A stretch of 64,000 nt of DNA from Camelus dromedarius. Taxonomy: Eukaryota. The stretch is taken from positions 32,924,001-32,988,000 of the forward strand of contig NC_087447.1 in the NCBI RefSeq assembly GCF_036321535.1, in the 5' to 3' direction. Position 1 is the stretch's first letter; each line of letters begins with the position of its first letter. The position numbers and the translations under genes are program-made. The notes under the pieces were generated by a model. The model made no database searches and was not told where the DNA came from. It saw only the letters and a program-made list of their open reading frames with translations. Positions 37,190 through 51,439 of the stretch are shown piece by piece.

Positions 37190-37860
37190 TTAATCTAATT
37201 TCAACTGTAATATTAGCAAAGACTCAAAATAATGATAACATCCAATGTTGGTAGGGTGTTGAAATGAGCTTCTCTTACCCAGCTGGTGGGAGACGTAATA
37301 ATTATAAATCTCGAGGACAACTAGAATATGCATAATAAGACCCTAAATGTGTACATATCAGAGAACAATTTCATTTTATCTGAGGATCAAGTCAACTAGC
37401 GTGCAAAGATGAAGTACACAGATGATAACTGCAGAACTTCTTAAGAAAGTAAACCATCAAATCTTCCTTCACTGCTCACTAGTTAGAAAATGCTTGGGGT
37501 GATAACAGTGTAGGACTGTTGTCTAAAAATATACTCATTATATTTTGCTAAGGGAAAGACAAGTTTAAAAGTCTTTATATCATGATCTCATTTTTAATTT
37601 TGAAGTATGGTGTCAATTTATATACACTGGGTGGGTGCTGTAGGGAGGAGTGTGTATGTGTACATACAGAGAGAAAGCACAGATAAGTGTGCATACAAAA
37701 TATTAACCTGGCTTATCTCTGGTTAGAGGAACAAAGAAAGGATCATTATCTTCCCTTTTACAACATGATGTCATCTGAGTATTTTACAATGGAACTGCAG
37801 CACATTTTATAATCAAAAAATGTTTTTTCATTTTAAATGAAATAAAAACAAAAAATAATC
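37190..37860 (+). mobile_element. Old L1ME-like 3' region
   Basis: ATAATGATAACATCCAATGTTGGTAGGGTGTTG...GCTGGTGGGAGACGTAA. Confidence 0.6.
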
Positions 37861-38549
37861 AATTCCCATTTTGAAGAAAATAAAAACAAAGACAAAAAGA
37901 CGCTTCAATTTCATGAATATCATGTTCTGCTTCTCACCAGGAGCTCTTTATCTCAGCAACTGCTCTCGTTCAATGATACAAACATTGAAAATTATTCATT
38001 GAGCACCAGCCATCCTTGTAGTTCACCATCAGTACACAAAGAGCAAGTGCAGAATGAAAGCCAACCACAGAAAAGCAAAAGACAACCAACATTTCTACTT
38101 ACAAGGGATAGTAAAGTGAATTGTGGCCAATTTCCACTTCAGAGTCAGATTATCAGTGGCTTCAGCCGCGTTCTCTGTGTTTACACTGCTGGCCTCACCT
38201 CTAACTCAGGTAAACTCTCCAACATGGCCCGGAGGTGTCATGGCCAAGTAGTGTCTCAGCCGGAATGCTCTGCTAGAGACCCACTTCCTTCAATCTTGTG
38301 CTGAGTACAGACTTATTATCTATCTTTGAGCAAGAGATGCCTCTACGGAACCTATCCAAGCCCCATGCACATGATACTCAATTAATATCTGTGAGATGAT
38401 TCAATATCCTTTATATTTGAGGGACTGTATCCAAATGCCCCCAAATTTAATTGGACTACTTGATACAAGTGGGTTATACTGAAGAACTGAATTTCCTGGT
38501 TAATTAATATTTACTCCAACTTCCTTCCTACGGACCCATCGTTTACTGC

Positions 38550-38860
38550 TTTCAACAAGCACTTACTGCCTGCCTCCTCTGAGGGGGCTGAAGTGCTAGG
38601 TGGTAAGGAACCATCAATGACTGAGATGAACAGGAGCCTTTCTGTCACGAAGCCTATTCTCTATGGCTGGATACAGACAAATCAGGAAGCACTGCGCTTG
38701 TCCAAGGTTAACGCAGAGTTGATACACAGGGCTCCAAATCACAACCGCAGGCAACCGGAAATGGCTACTTCTTAGGGCAGGTGTATCTACACTGACACCT
38801 GAAGAATGTTAAGAGGCATTAACCAAGTGGACAGGGTGACTGGGTGAATGCTCTACATCA
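38550..38860 (-). mobile_element. L2 3' end
   Basis: TTCAACAAGCACTTACTGCCTGCCT...GTGCTAGGTGGTAAGG...CTGACACCTGAAGAATG. Confidence 0.6.
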
Positions 38861-41800
38861 TGTGAAAAATCAGTCTTTCTTTTCTATTTTAGTAAGTGAA
38901 ACAAAAATAGGTCTTTTCTGACAACAGGATCCGTGGAAAGAACTTGAAGACGAACTTACATTATAGAGGTTATACTCTTATTTTTGTTAGTTATTTTAAT
39001 TAAACAATTTCTACGCATTTAAAAACATCCAGGGGATGATAAAACTAACATAGCAACATTTCTGGTTAGATATATATTCCGTGAAGTCGGGCTCTTGTTA
39101 TTCAAGTTTTCACTGTGTATCCAATGAAGAAGCAAGGTCAAAATAAATTTACTGCAGGACTATGTGTTTAGCCAAAGGTAACAGAATACCTTGTTGAAGA
39201 TGCACCGCCTACTGATGCCAGATCTTATCAAAGCAACTGACAAGGAAAGAGAACTAGCGTTTATGAAGTGCCAAACTCTTAACATACATTATCTTAATTT
39301 TCATAGTGAATCTGATAAGCAGGTATCTTTATCCCCATTTTAGAGTTAGAAAACCGTGGCCTGAGAGTGATGATTTACATTCAGATCTGTCCAATGCAAA
39401 AGCTACAACATCACCCAGCCTTTAATGACTGTGCATATCAAAGAAGCACAGAACAATGTGGAAATACAAAGCAGCACACGAAGCGGTCCTAACTCCAGGT
39501 AACTGTGTAATACAGCAGGGAGGATAAAACACACCGAATGACAATTCAGAATGTGACAACATGTGTTAAGTGACAAATGAGTAGTCAACACACACACAGA
39601 GTCCAGGATGAGGGAAGATATGGTGGTTCAGGTTGTCCTAAAAAAAAACATTATAAATAGGAGGGATTTCAAAGATAGGCCAATTTTTGAAAGGGGAACA
39701 GGGAGGGCATTTGAGACAGAAGAAACCAGGGGAGCCAAAGCGTGGTATGGGAAAATAAAAGTGTTCTGAGAATAGAACCAAATTCAACATCGGTGTTGAA
39801 AATGGTTCTAGTGGGTAACACGTGGTGGATAAGATAAAAGAGATTTAATAATAATGGAGTTTCAAACATCTGCAAAAACAAAGCAGGTTCCGTATGGCTG
39901 TGAACTAAGTACAGATAACACCAATAATTCCTGCTTTTCACACATTTTACAGACCGTCAACAACTCACTCAGGTGATGTGACTGTCAGAGGTAAAAGCCT
40001 TTAACATAATTCTGATCCGTAAGTGAAAAATGAGGGTTGCGGACTCTTCTCAGGAAGGTGAGCAGTCACGGGACCCCAACACTCTGCGGAAACTACGCTC
40101 ACCAAGCACGCTAATGTCTTTGTTCTCAGATCCCAGGGCCTTTCTTCCTCCTCATTCTCCCTGACTGCGTCACTGCCTCCTTCCTGACACATAACATTCT
40201 TCAGTTGCCAAGACACTTCACTGGTAAATTAATAAAAATTTCTACACCTAATATGTTCTAGATCTGAACAATGTTCTTTCCATGTTTTCTGTTCCTCTTC
40301 ATTCTAGTCATGCCTTCCCTCGGAAGAATGAAAACGCCTTAAAGGCAAATAATATCTCATTTTTTTTCTTTCCCAAGAATGTCCAGCTTTGTGCTCTAAA
40401 GACTGTGTTAGTCACCAGATTGTGAGGCAGCTAACCAAAGTGATATAGTAAGAGCTTGACAAAATGTGTCTGTTGCTGGAAATCGTCATGAATGAGTGGT
40501 CTTAGGAACTTCCAGGTGCAAGAGGGGAGAAAGATCCAATAAAGTGCCTACTTCCTTGAAGAATGAAATGGATAGAAACTGTATGGAAGATACACTCAGC
40601 ACCTAAAACACAGAAGTTAAAACATGGCATGAAGTTCGAATAATCCTATGTAGCAAGACAAGGTCCCAAGGAGGCGCCTATGCTCCGTAGCCATCAATTC
40701 ACTGATTATGCTTTACCTCAGTTAACACTGATCAAGTGACCACCATAAGAGCAAGGCCTCTCATCCTTTGCCCTGTAAACCAGCTCTGCCTGCCTTTGCT
40801 GGTGCCGTTGGATTCCCATCTGTAGACACTGTTCCAATCAGTGATCAGAGACCAAGCTGCACCTCCGTAATCAGAGAATATTAAATACTTTTAAATGTAT
40901 AAAACCGACTCACCCAGCTCTTGGCCCTGTCTTTCCCTTGTCCTCCAAGAACAGCCTAGACTGAAACCTGTCTTGTTCTTGTGGCGTAGTCACTCTCTCA
41001 GACTTGGTAACAAACGGAACTGGGATTCTGCCTTAAGAACTGAAGACCAGAAGCTCAGCTGGTGTCTTCCTACCTCCCTGAATATCCAGTGACTTTCTTC
41101 TTCCCTATTATGCTGCTTCATTACCTCCTAGGTCTAGTGGTTTCTTACTAAACTTGTCTATAGCCCAGATTTCTACCTGTGAATTCTTTCCACGCTCTTA
41201 ACCACCCACCTTCACCATCTGAGCCATATTCCATCACTTCCAACTCAGTCTGCGTCCGCCTCACCCCTGAGCGTTAGCTGACAGGACTGCCTCTGGGTTT
41301 CAGGCTCTCCCATGTGCTCTGCCCCCATGAGTCAACCCCACAAGTCTACAATATGGGAAGACAGGACGTGTTTGTTTGATTTTCCTTGGATCCAGCCATT
41401 ATCATTGATGTTACCAACATAAAATTGAGCAGAAAAAGTAAAAAGGAGCATGAACAATTCATAACTCCCTCACATAACCTACTGAGGCACAGAATAGGAC
41501 TAGCACTCTCTTTAAAGGAATGCACTGATGTATTTTAAAGGGTACATTCCTCATCGTATTTAATTAGGTGAGAGGCAAGTAAAAGAGACAAGGAAAAGAA
41601 ATTATGTATTTAAGCAAATAACAGTAATTATATATTCTGAAGTAGTCTCCATTTTTAATGTCAAGCATTTAGTAAATCCAGTGAACTATGAGAAGTTACA
41701 CATTTTGAGCTCAAATAAAAATAGGGTTTTTTCCCCCAGTAATAAGAGATATTCTTTTTATGTGCAAACAATGCAGAGAATAAAGTCTTTTCTCCTTTCA

Positions 41801-43239
41801 GAAGGCTTTCATTTAGTTATTTTCCATTTCTTTATTTTGTTAATAAAGGCAAAATACAAAGAATAGGGCAAAATTAACCAGAATACCAATGCTAATAGGT
41901 ATATTCTTAAAGCTGTGATTGTTGCCCATACGTGCAGTTTTCAAATAAACAGAACACATTTTTATTTAGTATTATTACTTGAGGTTTTTTTTTAAAGGGA
42001 AAAATTGAAGATTCTGCCAAACCAAGATCTCAAAAGAGAGTATGATTGGGAAGTGTCCATAGAAGTGGTTAAAACAAACTTTTGGGAATGACTTTTGGAG
42101 CCTCCTAACCCCGAAGTAGGATACAATGTTGGCAAAAACATAGACTCTCTGCAATGATTTATGATCAACCAGTAGGAAGTAGAGAAGCTTACAGAAATAT
42201 AGGGCTATGGGAAATGGAAAATGAGAACAGAAATTTTAAAACAAATCTGAAAAGTCTTGCAATTACCAAAAAAAAAATAACAGAATCAGAATTAAACTGC
42301 TTGTTTTCTTTTGTTTTGTTTCATTCTGTTTTTCCCTTTCCACATTTAACCAAAATATACTTCTTATTGTCTATGAAAAAGTACTATGTGGAAGGTGGCT
42401 TATTTTCATGGTGATAATAAACTTTCCTATTTTCTGGTATTCAAACCAATCATTCTGTAAAGCCTTTCCTGGCTGTCTGGGCATGCTCATTACTGCACCA
42501 CAGCTTGTGAGAGATAAAAGCAGACTTGGTTCCTGTCTGTGGGAGACAACATCTAGTCTGGGTGCTGAAATAGATATGCCTCAAATGATCAGAAACACAG
42601 GAGAGTATACATGAACTCATGGCTTGGACAGGTGCTCCTACAGGTTTACTAAAGTCTTGGCAGTGCCATCTGGAGGGAAGGAGAGAGAAGCTGACGGCGG
42701 ACCTAGTGTGGAAGTCTGATGAGCCTGCAGGCTTCCTCTCCACGGGGAAACTCACCAGTCTGGTCCAGATGGCCAAAGAGATGAGACGACACTTACTCTG
42801 ATGTGAGGCTAACCTAACACTAGAAGGGAAAGGGTGCATGGTGGGTGGGGCACAGAAAACATGAGCAAGTCTAGAGAGCAGGTAGACTAGGTAAGACTAC
42901 ATGTCTATGCTTGTGGACGAGTGAAATATCAGAACAAGACCCGTATGATCCCTGGGAGTTTGACGAATGAAGTAGGAAAGTTGACAAGAGCCATAGGGGG
43001 TTGTAGGAAAAAAAGCAGCCCTGACAACTTTTACCTGATATCTGACCTGGCTCTGATATTTAGACCGTGGTGTTCTCCCGATGTACGTAAATAGTTTCAC
43101 GTGAATTTTTCAGTGATCAGGAGAGAGTGAGACCAAAGTAATGTAACTTTTAAGTCATGGGTGAGCACAGGTGAAAATAACAGCACAGTGCAAAGAGACA
43201 AAAAAAAATCCAACATTCCCCACTTTCAGTGGCTGCTGC

Positions 43240-43555
43240 TTCTTTAGAAATTATGACTTAGCTTTGCTTAATTTCCACTGATTCCTAGATAAAAAATTAT
43301 TACAATGCCCCAGTCATGCAGTTACCCCTTCCTCATAAAGGTCAACCCAGAAGAGACTCCTGCTTCATCTGAAACCTCCCAAGTCACTTAACACAAGACA
43401 AAATCACACCAAAGCCGTCCTCAATAATTTCTTGTTGAGGTAACTACTATTCTCAACCATGTGAAAGGTCCTTTGTTGCAGCAAATAATAAAGCCAACTT
43501 AATTTGACTGCATGTATATCCTAGCGTCCTTTAGCTGGGGTGGGAGGCGATGACA
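43240..43555 (+). mobile_element. ERV-type LTR remnant (3' part)
   Basis: AATAAAGCCAACTTAATTTGACTGCATGTATATCCTAGCGTCCTTTAGCTGG...GATGACA: poly(A) signal, U5-like tail and CA end. Confidence 0.55.
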
Positions 43556-43684
43556 AATGTTAGGATTTCAGCTGAGTGATGTCAGGTTTAGACCAAAGAA
43601 TCAGGAAGTTAATAGCTCTGAGAATCAACAATAACAAGTATTTTCACTCCAGGTTCCTCAAAAAAAATGTTAGTATAGTAAGAA

Positions 43685-43890
43685 CACATATTAACAACAC
43701 GGGCCTACTATACATCAATACTATACACTATACTCAATATCTTATAATAACCTATAATGGAAAAGAATCTGAAAATGAATATATATACATATATATATAC
43801 ACACACACACAAGTGAATCACTTTGATGTACACCTGAAGCATTGTAAACTACACTTCAATTAAAAAATTAAACATTAAAAAATAAAACAA
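43685..43890 (+). mobile_element. L1 extreme 3' fragment
   Basis: TATACTCAATATCTTATAATAACCTATAATGGAAAAGAATCTGAAA...TGAATCACTTTGATGTACACCTGAA. Confidence 0.9.
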
Positions 43891-44172
43891 AAGAGAGCTA
43901 GTATCATCAGCGAGTGAAACTCATTTTATTTTATAATTTTGTAGCTGTCTTTAGAGACATCATGAGAGTATTTGCCTTCACAGTAGTTGAAACCAGCCAA
44001 ACAGGGCGATAAAGGCTAATGAATCATTCAGTAAATAGGTATACTGTTTGCTAGCATGTTCTAGAGGGCGATCAGAATAATATGAAGCCAGGATAGTCCT
44101 TAAACTCAATAAATTTATAATCCACTTAAGCCAAAACTAAAACGGCTTTCATTTTATTCTTGAGAGTTTTTG

Positions 44173-44263
44173 CCATGAGTTTACTATATGCTAGACATTG
44201 TTACCAGTGCTTCACTAGACATTGTTACCATGAGTTTACTATATGCTAGACATTGTTACCAGT
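44173..44263 (+). repeat. Complex local duplication (36-bp unit twice, 16-bp subunit three times) at the end of a minus-strand MIR (about 44160-44460)
   Basis: CCATGAGTTTACTATATGCTAGACATTGTTACCAGT at 44173-44208 and 44228-44263. Confidence 0.9.
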
Positions 44264-44814
44264 CGTATTTACCCATAAAACAGCCCTACAAAAATGATGC
44301 AAGTATTATCTCAAGTTTTCAGGATGCAAACATTGAGGTACATAACAGTAAAGAAAATGGCCCAGAGTCTCGCACTCAGCTAGTAAAGACGGGTTCAAGG
44401 TAACGAGACAAGCAGTTTGAATTCAGAGCCCACATTCACAAACCCTTAACTTTACTCCTTCTGAGAGACAGCTAGCAGTACAAGACATAATACAGTCAAG
44501 CACAAAAAAGCGCAGAAGCAGCAGGACGAGCCAAGTGACAAAGGGAGAGGGAAAGGAGGTGGGGAAAGCATGGAGGTCACTCACAGCACAGGATGCCCCA
44601 TGGTGCTAACACAGAAGGAAACCCCGCTCAACTGTGGCAAAACTTCAGCAGATCCGATTCTGGACACGGGGATAAATTTCTTTTCTGATAATTAGACCTC
44701 TTGCTTTTGCAGCCTTGTTATGGCAAATCTATGTACAATGTCTAAATTCTAACTTCTGCTTTAGAGACATGTTGTAGGGATCAAAGCTGAGTCATTCTTT
44801 GTTGTTTAAGCATC

Positions 44815-45180
44815 TTAAATCTTCAACAAATATTTATTGAATTCCTGCTATGTGCTGGACATAATTCAAGGCACTGGGCAAATACCAGCGAACGCATCAG
44901 CAATGTGCCCTAATGAAATGTACATGCCTCTCGCAGGAGAGGGCCAGTAAAAGATAACTATAATAAATAATTTGATGATGTAGGATTTTGGAAAGTAAAA
45001 GGATTTTGGAAGAAGGAAACAGAGAACAGGTAAAGGGCACTGGGGGTAGCAGGAATGAGGCAGAGGAACACGCAGCAGTATTAAAAATAGGTAGTCAAGA
45101 CAGGCCTCCTCGAGAAGCTAAGGCATGAGCATAAATTTGAAGGAAGTCAGCCAGGCAGATTATTGGCAGGAAGAAAGCAG
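44815..45180 (-). mobile_element. L2 3' end
   Basis: TTCAACAAATATTTATTGAATTCCTGCTATGTGCTGGACA. Confidence 0.8.
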
Positions 45181-45917
45181 ATGTCTTAAACACCCTTCAG
45201 AATCACTAGTGTCATTAAATTATAATGTAGCTTGCTCCGTAAGCTGAAAAAATCAGACCGGATGTGTTTTGAATTGGGAAGTCACCCAAAGGTTTTCTTT
45301 TTAAATATATATATATATATATATATAGCTCCCCCCACTGCAATCATTTGGTGCTTTTTTCAAAATTTGCTGAAGACCTGCTAGACGCCAGATTATAGCT
45401 GTAAAGCATAGAGATGAACAAGACTTGGTAACTACCTTCAGTCTGGTGGGGGAGGGACAATCATAAAAGTCCAGTGTGACAAGCAAGAAAATACAAATGT
45501 GGTCAAAATGCTGCAGGGGACTCTGTGTGTGTACAGGTGGGACACATACACTTCTCCTAAAATTAGGTAGGATTCCTGTTAGCTTGTTCTGCAGGTTGAG
45601 GTGTCTTCTGTTTTACCACTTCTTGTTATCTGAAGTTCATGAAGCCTGTGGTGATCGCATCCCCATCTCACCCTGAAAATCAGGTCATATGATCTAAGCA
45701 GCACTGGACCACATCTCAGAAGACCCAGGTTCTTATTAGGCAAATGAATGCATATCTGAGGTGGTAACAGGGCACTTTAAAAAGGTTCCCCTGAAACCAC
45801 TTTTGTTTAATGCTCAAATTTCCTTTAAAAATTAAAATTAAAGCAAACTAACAAATTCAATTTGAGATTAATTATAAAGATTTTCAGACAAAATGACTGC
45901 AAGACCTCAGTTTTCCA

Positions 45918-46884
45918 TAAACGAATGAGATCTAAATAAACTTAAAAGCTTTTGCACATCAAAGGAAACCATGGAAAAAAATGAAAAGAAAACCTACTGA
46001 ATGCGAGAAGATATTCACAACTGATATGACTAATAGTTAATATCCAAACTATACGGATAGCTCATACAACTTCAGTATCAAAAACCAAATAACCTGATTA
46101 AAAATGGACAGAATACCTGAACAGACATTTTTCCAAAGAAGACATACAGAAAGCCAACAGGCAAATGAAAAGATGCTCAACATTGCTACTGAGCAGAGAA
46201 ATGCAAATCAAAACAGTGAGATAGCACCTCATACCTGTCAGAATGGCTATCATCAAAAAGACCACAAATAACAAATATTAGTGAGGATGTGGAGAAAAGG
46301 GAACCCTTGTACACCATTGGTGGGAATGTAAATTAAGGTAGCCACTATGGAAAACAGTATGGAGGTTCCTCAAAAGACTAAAAACAGAACTACCATATAG
46401 TCTAGCAATTCTACCCTTGGGTACAGATTCAAAAAAAAAAATTAAAACACTAATTTGAAAAAATATATGCACCTCAGTGTTCAGGGCATAATCTACAATA
46501 GCCAAGAAATGGAAGCAACCTAAGTGTCCATCAACAGATGAATGGATAAATAAGATGTTTTTTGTCACTTATACGTGGAATCAAAAATATAAAACAAATG
46601 AATGTATATAACAAAACAGAAACAGAGTCACAGACAGGGAACAAACCAGTGGTTACCAGTGGGGAGGGGAGAGGGGCGAGACAGGAGTATAGGATTAGGA
46701 GATATAAACGACAATGTATTAAATAGATAAGAAACAAGGACATATTTTACAGCACAGGGAAAATATATCCATTACTTTGTAATAATTTTAAATGGAGTGT
46801 AATCTATTAAAATACTGAATCATTGTGTTCTATACCTGAAACTAATATAATACTGTAAATCGACTATACTTCAATAAAAGAATA
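45918..46884 (+). mobile_element. 5'-truncated L1 with a 17-bp TSD
   Basis: L1 ORF2 end and 3'UTR; TSD AAG(A/T)CCTCAGTTTTCCA at 45901-45917 and 46885-46901. Confidence 0.95.
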
Positions 46885-49429
46885 AAGTCCTCAGTTTTCC
46901 AATTTGCGTAAAGTAGAAAAAGATGCCCATAGGACTTCAAAACATTCTCATTACTCATAAAATGCTACAAATCTTATACATATTATAAAAATCACATAGA
47001 TAGTGTCTTTAGCCAAAATAAATACAACCTTAAAATGCATCCACAATCCCAAAATATAGTGGAATAACCAAAGGGACATAAGAATTATCAAAAAGGTTAG
47101 ATTTCAAGTAAGAATTAATTGAAAAAGTCAGTCAAGTATAGTTAACAGATTATTTTAAGAGGCAGCATAACCAGGCAGGGGTGACATTTAGTGGTGACAC
47201 CAATATCGCAATATCTTTTGTCTTCCATGTACTTGCTTCACAGACTCATATTGTCTACCAGTAACCACAGAGGAAGACTGATACCTGTGTAAAGGGACGG
47301 AAGAAATCGGCGTGTAACAGGCATCTCAGATGTTCCGAGCACTGCAGAGAAACTTTGTCTATTTCATTTAATCTTCACCCCGACTCTTTAAGATGGATAG
47401 ATACTATTCTTATCATTTTTACAGATCAACAACTCAAAGGATTAAGATCGAGAAGTGCTAGGACTCTCTCCTGTGGCTAAAGAGATGCTGCTGCTTTAAG
47501 ATCGTAGGGTTCCTGGCAAGAGTGCTCTCTGAAATTTTGTGAACCCACACTCCATGTCAACCAAGCCAGTCAATTTATCTTACACACAGATGAGAGCAGA
47601 TCCTGCTCACTGCCTCTTTTAAATGGTAAATACGCAAAGGCTTTACCATCAATCCAGTCCGACAAGGGAAAATGCACCCTAATATATTTCCTCCTCAAAA
47701 GTGATTTCCAAATTATCTGGCGTTTGAATTTCAAAGCTGATGCAGCTCAGAATGTGTGGGTTTGGAATAGCAAGTTGTAGTTTTGCTGTGCACTGCATCA
47801 AAATCGGAGTGTTTACAGCCCACATAGAAATGAAGCCTCGTTGCCTGACACGGCTTCCGTACCTCTAACAGACTAGCTTCCACTCTACGTGCTGGTTTTA
47901 ATAGAGTCAATATTTCCCCTTTCTCAGTTTAAACTCTAAAATAGGAAAAAGATTCAAGCTCTTGTTTGAAAATCAGTTAAGACATTTGGATCATCTTCCA
48001 TTCCTCTCAACTCGGCAATGTTACTTTAATATTTAAGCCCATGAGCTTTATATAATTGTCTTAAAGATGTTTTAAAACATTTTTGACTTTTCAGTTTATT
48101 ATTGTAAAACCAGCATTTTAGTGAACAAGACAGTCAAATTATTAAACCAATTTCTTTCTCTTTGCATGAGCAAATTAAAAACACTTCCTATGAATGTAAG
48201 AGTGGAATTCACATTAGTGCTTTAAAAATTCTAAGTCATTAGGAGTTACAGGACCACAGTTCAAATGAACTGGTCTGGAATCTAACGCCCCAAGTGTTGG
48301 CCATGAATCAGACACAGCAGTATGGACGGTTATAATTAAAGTGACCATTATACTATCCATATAGAAAATGCCAATAGCAAAGCTAATTAGGTCTAGACCC
48401 CTCAATGTGACCATCCATAGATTTTTCATAGATGATCACAGCCAAGAAAATCACCTGATGTTGTCACCTTTCACACTTTGTAGAACTCTTAGATCACAAT
48501 GCAGGTACGCTAACCACTTTGGGGCCATATTTTACCATTTGTGAATTAGACACACTTTTATTCTCTTTCTTCCTTTCTTAGCACCAAGTCTCCCTTAAAC
48601 AGTGGCAGGTCAGCTACAAAGAGTGATCATTATGGCTCTTTCAAGAGAGCAAAAGGTTTCTAAGTCATATATCCTATAAAAACAAATGCCTTGAGTAAAG
48701 AAGAAGAATGATTGCTTTTCAACCTGAAACATTCTATCGGAAAAAGTAAGTGGGAAAGTTGGAGGGAAGTGAAAGAAGTGAATGCCCCTGGAATGCATAT
48801 CCACCAGTAACTGAATCCAAATCCTGTACCCAGATTAAAAAATAATAACTGCTTTATCAGAAGTTCCCCCAAGTTAATTTATAGATTTATAGTATTTTAC
48901 CCAGCTAAGAATGCCAATAGACAACCCTTTTGATTCACTACTTTACTGGAAAACTATTTGCACCAATGATTCTTCTCCATTAAAAGACCAAAACCATGGC
49001 TTTACTAAGGACACTAGGAAAATGGAGGACAAAAGACGTTAGCCCTGCACATTCTCCCCCGATCGCAGGATACAATACTAGCTCTGAATTAACTCTCCCG
49101 TCCCTTCCCTTTCAAGTAAGTGTAAACTAGGAAGTTTTCCTGGAGCTAATTATTTAAAATACCCTGTCGGTTCACTGAGAATCCCTATCATTTTATCTTC
49201 AAGACAGCAGTTACCACCTTTAATTATAAAATCATGTCTACCGGGCTGTTCCAACCAGTCACTTGAGAACACAAACCAGGTCAGATTCATCTGTGTAACC
49301 TCCTCCAACCCTCACCCCAGCTTCTTTGGATTCGCCTGCACCCCTTTACCAGACCTTAACTGACCAGCTCTGGCTAAACTGGTGTAAGGTCAACTTACCA
49401 CGACAAAGGACTCCCTGCCGTAATACCTG

Positions 49430-49825
49430 TGATAGCTCCCCGCTCTTCCAGGTGAACCCCGGTGTATCCCCGGTGGATGCTGTGCTTGACCACGTGCTTC
49501 AACCAATGAAAGATTAGAGACTGAAACACAAGCCGATGATTTAAATGTTCTTGCATAAGTTGACTTAGCTCTTGGGCTTTAGTCATGACCCTGAGAAGAA
49601 AATGTCTGTAGCTGAATGCCCAAAGGGAACAAAGAGGTATCTGGAATGTACCTAAACCCAACCACTCTCTGAAGTTAAGCCCAGCCAATTTTTTTTGCTG
49701 AACCCATCAGAACCCTAGCCAATCCACAGATCTGTGAGTCAGAAAAAATAGATATTTGCTGTTGTACGCCACTGTGACTTGGAATCCTTTGTTACACAGA
49801 ATTACTGCAATAATTTACAAAGACA
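49430..49825 (+). mobile_element. MaLR LTR (MLT1-type)
   Basis: CTTGACCACGTG...CCAATGAAA; GCCAATCCACAGATCTGTGAG...TGCTGTTGTACGCCACTGTGACTTGG...TTTGTTACACAG. Confidence 0.7.
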
Positions 49826-50866
49826 CTCATGGGGTTATTAAGTTTTATAAAGATGGGGTTTTCACCTAGGTTTTCAAATCCCATGGCTTTTACTCTGCCT
49901 TGACATCCAGTGATTTAGTAAGCCTAATCACTGGGGTAGGGGAAAATTTTAAAGATTTCAGAAAGTATTATCTAGTCTTTCTAACAGCCTGAAATAATTA
50001 TAACCATAGACAGTTTCACATTTCTACCAATACTGGGTGATTGTTGTGAGGAGTGTCTCACAATTGGACACAGGGATGTCAGCTCCAGACAGCTGATGGT
50101 CTGGTGCATATTGTGCACAGCGAGTGCACTCCCCAGAGTGATTCAGCTGCAGAGGCCATCTATTCAATACAGTACAAAGGGACCTGGCTAAAAGCGTGCA
50201 TAACTAGATAACAAACGCTGAAGCTTTGAAAGTGAAACAATGTATGTGCCTGTACAGAGATATGCAGTTTGTGCTGGCATATCTCCTCAAGAACGTTTCA
50301 AACACCCGCTTCTCATAAAAATCTTTAAAAGTATCTTCTTCCTCATATTAATCTGTGATTTATGATGCTCATAAAATCGTAATAATGGAGTATGCATTAA
50401 TTCATTTTCAGCCCGAATTTCATTTATTCAACCAATATATATTGTATGCCAGGGATTTTACTGGATTCTGGCACAGAATGATGAATGAGGCACAGAACTC
50501 AGCCCAAGCAGATTATACACCAACCGCACGTCACAGCACTGGCACTGCAAATGCAGAGTGCAGGGACTAGCGCAGGAAACGGTCTCATAAACAGACGTTT
50601 AACATTGCAGTGCGAGAAGTCCAAGGGAAGATTTAATTTCAAGATAGAGTAGAATTACTGGAAAAGGAGGAATGACTCCACAATGAACACAATGTTTTCC
50701 CCTACACACTCTCATTGTATCTCTAGTCCAACGCAATATTTAAACAGAGTTTGAAGGTGTCAAATCCTTCCTATTCCTGACTTCCAGCACCCAAAGACAA
50801 GCATATTCATCTCTTTTAGCTATGTCTTCTGGTAGTTATCCCTACATTTATAGATAGCTTGCTTTT

Positions 50867-51439
50867 TTCCCAATGTTGGTTTGTTTTTTATTTAAGTATA
50901 GTCAGGTACAATATGTCAACTTCTGCTGTACAGAACAATGTCCCATTCATGCATATACATACATATATTCATTTTCACATTCTTTTTCATTAAAGGTTAT
51001 TACAAGATATTAAATATAGTTCCCTGTGCTATACAGAAGAAATTTTTTATTTATTTTTATATATAGTAGTTACCATTTGCAAATCTCAAACTCCCAAATT
51101 TATCCCTTCCCACCCCCTTTCCCCTGTAACCATAAGATTGTTTATTATGTCTGCAAGCAAAGCAGCATTATTTACAACAGCCAAGACATGGAAGCAACCG
51201 AAATGTCCATCGACAGATGACTGGATAAAGAAGTTGTGGTGTATATACATAATGGAATACTACTCAGCTATAAAAAGAATGAAATAATGCCATTGGTAGC
51301 AACATAGATGGAACTGGAGTTCGTCATTCTAAGTTAAGTAAGCCAGAAAGAGAAAGAAAAATACTATATGGTATCACTCATATGTGGAATATTAAAAAAA
51401 GAAAAGAAAAAAGAGGATACTAATTAACTCATCTACAAA
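50867..51439 (-). mobile_element. L1 with a 5' inversion (twin-priming structure)
   Basis: About 50880-51153 is antisense L1 3'UTR; about 51160-51440 is the adjacent upstream L1 segment in sense orientation; TSD ATAGAT(A/G)GCTT(G/A)CTTTT at 50850-50866 and 51440-51456. Confidence 0.9.

Noticed and set aside
38095..38300. Minus-strand open stretch ending at a GTAAGT donor
   Set aside because: Poor exonic donor context (CTT|GT), no clear acceptor and no recognisable peptide.
44173..44263. CRISPR-like repeat-spacer pattern
   Set aside because: Mammalian DNA, only two or three overlapping copies, no unique spacers and no cas genes; it is a local duplication.
49395..49688. Minus-strand ORF/exon with a GTG|GTAAGT donor
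   Set aside because: Mostly overlaps an MLT1 LTR, and the peptide is not recognisable.
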